A stretch of 64,000 nt of DNA, from positions 281,294,001 through 281,358,000 of the forward strand of contig OZ024742.1 of NCBI GenBank assembly GCA_964016885.1. Reading direction: 5' to 3'. This DNA is from Eledone cirrhosa (Eukaryota). The translations under genes and the position numbers were made by a program. Position 1 is the stretch's first letter. Every line of letters starts with the position of its first letter. Below the pieces are notes generated by a model. That model saw only the letters and a list, made by a program, of their open reading frames with translations, did no database searches and was not told the DNA's origin. Below are positions 54,998-64,000 of this stretch, one piece after another.

Positions 54998-56589
54998 CAT
55001 ATATCAATATATATAAGACCGAAGACGCGAGGTCACCTTTTATCATTAGATGAAGAACGGAATAGATGTTCGTTTATTTTTCTGACTTCCGTTTGAATTT
55101 TACATTTACTTACACTCTACATTCATTTTTCTATCTGATATTTTATCTAAACATTTTTTTACTGTGACCTTAACCTACCTATCCCTTGGTGCGCACTCTC
55201 GGCTCTCCGAGACAGTGGCGTCGCCTAATATTGTGGGTTATCTCCCCCTGTTTTTTTCCATTGACACCGGTTGTTGGAATGTTTTCCTTCGGCGCTTGAC
55301 GCTTTGGCAACTAGATACTGTTAATCCCTCTGGGCCGCTAGGACCTTTCTTTCTATCTTTCTTTAACCGGAGTGTTATCGTCTAGTGGTCGTTTCTATAT
55401 ATCCCATGTCTAATGACAGAGCAGCTGGCCACAGCATTGCAACCCGACACTTCATCTTACTGTTTTGCTTTTACTTCAGTACTGTTTTATTTCCCTGTAC
55501 TGTGTGGACCAACAGCTATTTAAACCATAACTGTTTCCGTTCTTTGTCGACTGTTTGTTTATTTGCCTATTGATCGTTTCATATCACAATATCTGTATCT
55601 ATTTTAGGACTATCGCTACGGTTGTATTACAGGTGGAGGGTTTCTACACGTATCACCAAAGACGAGGTCGAATGAATCTCATGTAGTTCGTTTGGAATAA
55701 TACAGTTTCTCAATCCAGCACCACCGAATGTAAAACATTCGCATGAGCCAATCATAGGATGGATATATTTCTACAAAGGAATTTCAAGGTACTTGCGAAA
55801 GAAAAAGAAATATCTTATAAGAGAAACTAGAATAGATAAATTATATCCCACATATATGAATATATATTTTCCTCTATTTGATTCTATTCATATGTATGTG
55901 TGTATGTACGTACGTATGTATGTATGTATGTATGTATGTATGTATGTATGTATGTATGTATGTATGTATGTATGTATGTATGTATGTATGTATTTATCAA
56001 TGTATGTGCGTATATGTTTTCTCCCTCTTATCTTGTTCAATCTTTACCTTCCAGCAATGCTGCAATCAATATTATAAATCTCTACAGGAATTCACATCCA
56101 GTATAGTAATGATGAAACTTCTAGATGTTTCCAACGTTTAGAGACTGAAAATAAATGCGTGTTACCAATCTCAACATCAAATTTCTGTAACGCTATTCGT
56201 CTGCAAGCGATGTCCTGGAGTTCGACAGACTACTTCAGGGATATCTGTGAATTTGTTTATTCTTTTACTCATTTATTCGTTTATGTTTTCATTATCTAAC
56301 TCATGTCAGTGTTTTGAGAGCGTTCCTGTTGGAGCACTGGCTTGAAGCTGCTTTAGTCCATCACCAAATAAGTTACAAAAATTAGAATCAATAAAAAATA
56401 TATCAAGAGTAAATTTTCTATCGAATCTGAAATGATGAAATCCGACGAGCACAAGGGAGGATTTGAAAGGGCCATAATTATATACCGCGCACAGTTCTGT
56501 TCACTGATCTTTAGATGTAATATAATTTCCAAAATAGAGGTTAGAGAAATAAGAGATCAGGAAATTAAATTCCATTCAACATTATAATG

Positions 56590-58587
56590 AATGCGATATA
56601 CTGCAAACGAAAATCTGTAAAATGTATAATAATAATGAAACAAACAAAAAAAATAATAATAAACTTATTGTTGCGACGGTTGTGTTTGTTATAAGGGAAA
56701 TAGTATTTATAAATCCATCGAATGAGAAAGAAAGGAACGAACCATGGCGGAAGAGAAGTATTAGAGATTCAACTAACGAATTAAGAAGGCATATTAACAT
56801 TTGAGAATGTAATAAGCGAAAGGAAATAAAGAAGGAAAATAAACATCTCGAATGAGAAAAGAAGTATAATGTACAGAAGGAAAGAATAAATGTCATTATT
56901 AAGGAATTGAAACAAAGGATGCAGGCCAACGCGTCCATGCCGAGAAGATTTGAACAAAGTAAACAATGCTGAATAAAACAAAGCTTCAATGGGATCAGAA
57001 AAGAGTGTATAAAGACCTCAAGGGTAAGAATGAAGGAGTTACATCAGATGCAGAAAAAAGCAAAAGGTTTTATTCAAACATCTGGAATAATGAGGCACAA
57101 TATAGTAAGACCGTTGAATGGCTGAAGGAACTGAGGGAAAATTAAACAAATGTGAAGAAAAGTGATGTTAAAAAACAACAGAAATGTTATGCATGCAAGC
57201 AAAAGGAAATACCCAATTAACAGCTCCTGGATTTGAATTCCGGAGTTGAAGAATTTGACATAAGGACCCTGATAAAGGCAACGTAGTAGATCATTTTAAA
57301 CCCATACCCTGCTTGCCACTAATGTAGAAGCCTATTACTGGAATCATCTCGGAGTCCGTGTATAAGTTCTTCGAGTAGAATGAAATTCTATCGGAAAAGC
57401 AGAAAGGGTACCAATAGAACAGCAGGGTACAAAACAGCAACTACTGATCGATAAAACAATCCTTGCAGGCTGTAAAATGTGGCACAAGAACTTAGCGATA
57501 GCGTGGATAAACTATAAGAAATCCTACGACATGGTCCCTCACAGATGGATATAAGAGTATCTGAAAATTACTCTAACTCCAGTCAATGTAGTTGGTTTTA
57601 TAGAAAGATTGATGATCAGCTGGAGATCAGAGTTAATTTCCTGTGGCGAACAATTAGACTCTGTTAACATATGATTTGGACATATTTCAGGGAGACAATT
57701 TACGACTACACTTATTTGTCATCTCCATGATAACCTTGATTCATCTCCTTAGAAAAGTGAAAGTTATTTATATGCTAGATGGTAGTATGATCAACCAACT
57801 GGTATTCATGGATGATTTAAAGTTATTTGCGAAAGAAGAGTACGAAACTGACAACGTAACACCTTCTGTAGGCATGATTATTCAGGATATTGGGATGGAG
57901 TTTGAGTTCAAACAATGTAACCCTGAAATGTGGAAAACTAACAAAGGGTGGAGTCTATGAGTTGGATAAGTTCAAAGAGAGAGAAATGAAGTAAATTCTC
58001 AAAAAGGAATACAAAAGTTGGGTGAGACTTGTAATATCGACAGAATTGACGGAAAGGAATAAGATCGAGGTAACGAATACATGAGCTCTGACTCTCATGA
58101 GTTATGGTGTAGCAGTTATTAAACCAAGGAAAGACGATTTGGAAAATATTGATAGGAAAATTTAGAAATTGATGACATTGCATAAAGTATTCCACCCAAA
58201 GAGTGATGTCGCAAAACTGTATGTTGGAAGAAAGAAAGGAGGTAGAGGACTAATAAGCGAATAAAACAATCTAACTTGATACCTTAAAAATGTAAGGTGC
58301 AATATCATGTCAATACTTAGAGAACTTGAGACACTAAAATCTGCTGCTGCAGTAACATCTAATGAATGCTTAGAAGGCAGTGGAAAAATGACTTATGCAT
58401 GGAAATACACAAAAGATAAGTTAAGCATTGATTGGGAAAAAATCTGGTCGTAGCATAAAAATCGCGATATGAAAAGATGCACGGAATCTCTGGTATGTAG
58501 CCCCCTGTAGCTAGCTATTCGAACGAACAACATTAAACATCATGTTCACAAACAATGAAATCACCATTATGTAGAATGTGTGGTTGT
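56590..58587 (+). mobile_element. Decayed R4/Dong-clade non-LTR retrotransposon ORF
   Basis: GTKQQLLIDKTIL..NLAIAWINYKKSYDMVPHRWI, IFQGDNL, NQLVFMDDLKLFAK, IDRKIRKLMTLHKVFHPKSDVAKLYVGRKKGGRGL, SPLCRMCG; many stops and frameshifts. Confidence 0.88.
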
Positions 58588-58997
58588 TTCTCTCTGTCAG
58601 CGCAAGAACACAAGGATGCTGATGGTCATTTAAAAAATAGAGCCTAATGAGTTTGTTTCCTTGCAAACGAATCGAATATTATTATCATTCGATATAAAAC
58701 TCACGAATACATTTACGTGTCCGGTATGTTAGAGCGAAAAACGAAATTCTAATTTAGTTATTTATTTTCGGCGAAGCCAGCCGTAAAATCAATCGGTATG
58801 CAAATTAGGCTATTCAGCCGAGGTATACTATAGAGAATACAATAAATTCTCAAGAGTTCTGATGGGTGGCAGAAGAGGGATGCACAATCTTGCCAAAGGG
58901 CAATAACGTGAAAAAATAATGTCACTGCTATAAAAAAAGGATGGCGATAGTCATGTAAACAACATAGAGTAATGAGGCTGTTTGCTTGCAAACGAAA

Positions 58998-59190
58998 AGG
59001 CGGTGGATTGGCAGTATCGGTAGAGGGTCGGACGCCATGCTTTGACGCATAGAGTTACGGCCCTGGCAACTCTGAGTTCAAATCCCACCGAGGTTAACTT
59101 TGCCTTTCATCCTTACAGGGTCGATAAAATAAAGTACGAGTAATGCACTGGGTAATTGCTGGCCTTTTGCCAAAAGTGGAAACAATTATT
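58998..59190 (+). mobile_element. Full-length tRNA-derived SINE
   Basis: A box TGGCAGTATCGG, B box GAGTTCAAATCC, family core and ACAATTATT tail. Confidence 0.92.
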
Positions 59191-59286
59191 ATTCGATATA
59201 AACCTCACGAATAGAAAAGTATTATTATCTACAGCGATTACAACTCCATTGCGTAATAGGCCATGTATTATTCTCTGCAGTGACTA

Positions 59287-59319
<33 letters not shown>

Positions 59320-59325
59320 CGCGCG

Positions 59326-59620
59326 CTAGCTGCAGTACCCGGTAATACCCGAGAATGGTGGGGTGTTTGCAGTTTCCCAGAGTGCGACTGAAAATGCTAA
59401 TGGATTTTAAATAGCAACCTTTGCTAGGTGTGTTTATGGCAGATCATTTTTTTGTATGGAACTATCAATAGCTGTTTAAATCATGAGTCCTTCTTCTATC
59501 CAGCTTTCTTCATTCAGAGTGAATAAGCGGGGAAGGTTGATCACGTGTTAATTCCGAAAAAAAAAGAGAAAATTCACGTAGTAAGGACCGACGGGGCTAA
59601 TTCTCAACGGAATTCAGTCC
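59326..59620 (-). mobile_element. Possible non-autonomous Helitron 3' end
   Basis: Minus strand hairpin CTCGG-GTATTA-CCGGG then TACTGCAG-CTAG, similar to the terminus at 11260-11289; extent unknown. Confidence 0.45.
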
Positions 59621-59678
59621 TGAATTCTAACGGTGGAATCTGTTCATGGATACCAGCAGAACCAAAGTTAAACATACT

Positions 59679-59770
<92 letters not shown>

Positions 59771-59771
59771 C

Positions 59772-59859
<88 letters not shown>

Positions 59860-59880
59860 CAGCAACAGCAGCAGTAGTAA

Positions 59881-59916
<36 letters not shown>

Positions 59917-59938
59917 CAGGAGCAGCAGCAGCAACAGC

Positions 59939-59994
<56 letters not shown>

Positions 59995-60010
59995 CCAGCA
60001 GCAGTAGTAC

Positions 60011-60046
<36 letters not shown>

Positions 60047-60091
60047 CAGTAGTAGTAGCAACAGCAGCAGTAGTAATAGTAGTAGTAGTAG
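59679..60091. repeat. (TAG/CAG)n microsatellite
   Basis: Direct reading. Confidence 0.95.
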
Positions 60092-60428
60092 CCTCAAGCT
60101 GAGGCAACGGATATCGCTCATTCTTTTAAAAGACATACACACTTACAATGATATGTAAAGCATGCAGAAGATATAGAAATCTCATGTAGTTACCTATAAA
60201 TGGATACAAATTAGATAGGTACATAAACGGATAAACAAATAGATACAGACACATAGAGAAACATCGAGCATGTACACAAGGTATGCATATATATATATAC
60301 ATACGCACACACTCATATATCTGTGCGTATTTATGTATGTATGTGTATGTGCATGTATATTTGCATGTATACATACATATATCTATGTATATATGTATGT
60401 ATTATCTATGTATGTATGCATGTATATA

Positions 60429-60509
<81 letters not shown>

Positions 60510-60624
60510 GTGTGCGCGTGTGTGTACATTTATATATGTGTATGTTTGCATGTATTTATGCATCTATCTATGTATATATGTATGTATGCGTGTATGTATG
60601 TAAGTATTTATTTATATATGCATC

Positions 60625-61215
60625 CAAGCCAACACTGACAACAACAACAACAGCAATAACAACCATGACAACGTTGACCACAACAACAACAATAATAACA
60701 ACAGCACGACAAAAACAACCATATCAACATTGACCACCACCACAACAACAACATTAACAATAACAACGACAAAAACAACCATAACAACATTGAGCACAAC
60801 AACAACAATAACAACTACAATATCAACGACAAAAACAATGATTCCAACAACAACAACAACAGCAACAACAACATGACTGATTACAACAACAACAACATGA
60901 CTGATTACAACACCAATAGTTCCTGCAACCACCACAACCATGAATGACGACTATGAAATCAACAACACCAAAACAACAACGTCAACAACACCAACAAAAA
61001 CGACCACAACATCAGAAGCAACAGCAACGACAACAATAAAAGCACTAACAACAGTAACAATGAAAACTACAGTAGATTCTACAATGGCAACTACAAGAAC
61101 GACACAGTAACAATTAAGACAGCAACATCCACAATAACGATCTAAGCAACAATATAAATGATAAAAACATCGATAAAAACAACAACGACCACCACAACAA
61201 CTATAATTACAACGG
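60625..61215. repeat. Degenerate (CAA)n low-complexity repeat
   Basis: Direct reading; stops in the Thr-rich frame. Confidence 0.85.
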
Positions 61216-62058
61216 CAATGATGTATTAAAAATAGCAGCAATTTCCAAATGTTTTCAAATTCGAAACATCTCTCTGGCAATGTATAGTGTCATTTGCTTC
61301 AGACAAACAGAAATTTCAGATAATATTAAGTTGATGAAATGTAATTAGGATGTTGAAGATGTTTTCGAATGTTGTTGATGTGTTTTTTTGCTGTTATCTC
61401 ATGTCGTATGATTTATATATATTCTTTTTATATCTTTGAAATATTTATATCTACTGCTTGTTGGAGTCAGATATATATGTTAAACAATAAAAGAAGCCAA
61501 AACGAAATAGTTGAAAATCCATTGGTTTACAATCCTTTCAGAAATCATCGAAATATAGAGCAATCGAATACAATTATTCGATTCCATACAATTAGTCTCG
61601 TAAAAGCACATCCCCCCTGCTCTCTCTCTCTCTCCCTCTCTCCCCCCTCTCTCTCTCTTTATATATATATATATCCCTCTCTCTCTATATATATATATAT
61701 TTGATTATATACGTTTGTTTGTTACAAGGAATTATGTTGTTGATATATATTATCACCAGGATACATATTTAGGTGCGTACTGGGGTTAGTCTTCTGTTGC
61801 GATTTACTGTTTTTCTTCCTACTATTGATGAGTGTTTAGTACTTAATTTTAATTTTATTATTCCCGTAAAAGCGTTTTAGTGTTTGCATGGAACAATGGA
61901 TCTTCCTTCATTATGTGATTAAGTATTTATTACTTCGTGTTGCCCTATGTTTGTTTTGTATATTACATGCTGATTACCATGTTTGATTCTTCTAACGTAA
62001 CACAGCTTTTCATAACGGCTTGTATCCCTATTTCTAAGGTGGCGAATTGTCAGACTCA

Positions 62059-62258
62059 TTATGGCGTCGAATAGAGTGCTTTATGGTACTCGTTCTGGAT
62101 TGTGTTCGGCTCCCTGCTCCCTGGCATTCGTTCCGGCTTCCTGCTCCCTGACATTCGTTCCGGCTTCCTGTACCCTGAGTCAAATACTGGGGCCGATTCT
62201 TCCTCTATATCTTTCTCATTTCCATTCTTTCTCTGGAAGAAATCTGCTGAATTCAGAT
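62059..62258 (-). CDS. Candidate terminal exon with 9-aa tandem repeats (GxRKPERMx)
   Basis: Acceptor CCCTCTACAG|, open frame to TAA, 27-bp repeats that preserve frame, downstream AATAAA near 61926. Confidence 0.3.
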
Positions 62259-62639
62259 CTGTAGAGGGATGGGCTCCGCAAGGCTTAAGATGCTCAATAA
62301 ACGCAAAGTTTAATGTTGATCGTATCACATCACATTCCTTGTATTTATTACATGCCTGGTCATTACTCCTGTTATTGCACTTACTATTCATCCTTCTGGT
62401 GTTATTCTTATTAATAGTTTGGCTATGTGTCGTCTATTTTCCTGCATATAGTAGCCCATGGTTTCTTATTGCATGGTATCTTATTGCTCCTGTGATTAGT
62501 CGTAAGTTGAATTAACGTTAACTTTTGGTGTTTCCGAGACTGTTGTGTACTCTATCTTTTCTCAACAGTCCACCTTGGTCAGGGCACTGTTATAGTAACA
62601 ATTGCATAAATGTAATATATTTTATTGAACAAATTAACG

Positions 62640-62777
62640 TCGAAGGAGGCGGACCATAAGCTTGGCTGATCACGCTTCGGGGAGCCAGCCGCATCAGTTA
62701 GAGACAGTTGTTTCTGACAGGACATGCTGGAAGGGGTGTTTGAGGAATCTGCCCCCGCGAATAAGTGGGCGAAGAAG

Positions 62778-62807
<30 letters not shown>
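62640..62807 (+). mobile_element. RTE-like LINE 3' terminus with (GAA)n tail
   Basis: RRRRTISLADH..LETVVSDRTCWKG (DRxxW motif) followed by a (GAA)n run. Confidence 0.5.
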
Positions 62808-62808
<1 letters not shown>

Positions 62809-63686
62809 CGGACGACAGTTGAAGTTTTATTCTGTTTGTATAATTCTGTGTGTATAATTATGTCAATAATATATTTACTCAATATATTTATATCTGATTT
62901 GGATTACACTATGGTTCTAACTGCTAGGTCTGTCGCATAGCCTGGTTTGTGATACTTAACGCTTATCATGATACGGCTACGTTTTTAATTTTCAATATTC
63001 AGTTTAGTGATTATGCTTTTAGCCACCACATGAAACATGTCCAAGTATATTTGTGAAGTTACCTTGCTATTTTTTTCTGTTTTCTTGCCTTTTGTACATA
63101 CGTGTTTTGTACGTTTCCTTATTCATGTTATATTAGTTATTAGTTTTAACAGCAAGTACGAGCATACTTTCTGATTTTTTTCATAAATATATATAAATTC
63201 ATATATTCCAATATTTAAATATATAATTGCATTTGTCTATACATATGCATATATATATATATATATATGTATAAAAGTATGTCCGGATATCTCTTCATGC
63301 CATTAGTAAACAAATACCGACATATACTTATTCTCAAACAAATACCGACATATACTTATTCTCAAACGATTACACATCTGTGTATGTGTGTGTGGATCTA
63401 TAAATTTGTTTGAATATAAATTTAAATTTTCAATATCACATATTTTATTAATAAACAACATGTGATCACGTTTCACATCATTATAGACACCTTAATACTG
63501 TATTGAATCACTGAAAGAGTGAATATGATCCTATGTTAGACAAAAGAGTAAATATAAGATAAATAGAAATTTTCTATTAATAATATATTAAATTTCTCCT
63601 CATATATAAACATAGTCGTACATATGTACATACATAGCGATATACATATGGACACATGCACACACACGCCCACAACCCCCCCCCCC

Positions 63687-63720
<34 letters not shown>

Positions 63721-63757
63721 TTACCTCTCTATATATATATATATATTTATATATATT

Positions 63758-63789
<32 letters not shown>

Positions 63790-63905
63790 TTTATATTATA
63801 TATTCCCATACATATACATATATAATTTTGGCGGAGGTATTAAATATAACTGTATATTTATTCGTGTAATTCCAATATGCAATACGAATAGCATTAATTC
63901 ACATT

Positions 63906-64000
<95 letters not shown>

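Noticed and set aside
60625-61215. Mucin-like Thr-rich coding exon
   Set aside because: Frequent stops in the Thr frame and no convincing splice sites; degenerate (CAA)n.

Overview
AT-rich, microsatellite-saturated animal genomic DNA. A cephalopod (octopod-like) origin is inferred from the (TA)n/(CA)n density and the SINE type, not proven. No complete, recognisable host gene is present, and most entries in the ORF track are microsatellite translations. The window is dominated by Penelope-like elements (PLEs) inserted into (TA)n tracts: five Naiad-type RT/GIY-YIG remnants, two other PLE remnants, and many short non-coding derivatives. About 20 hammerhead ribozyme (HHR) motifs, intact or degenerate, from more than ten sequence families can be read directly. 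Many sit in near-perfect fold-back palindromes or in units bounded by direct repeats. Two features recur across unrelated families: (i) a covarying hairpin, (T/G)RCTC-N(10-48)-GAGYN, placed a few nt beyond the point where elements join (TA)n; (ii) HHR variants with a YCG core and/or very long stem II insertions. Also present are tRNA-derived SINEs, a Helitron remnant, an R4/Dong LINE remnant, RTE-like remnants, DNA-transposon ends, and a tentative four-exon gene for a small secreted peptide precursor (16.6-40.8 kb). All structures and alignments were read by eye; boundaries are approximate.
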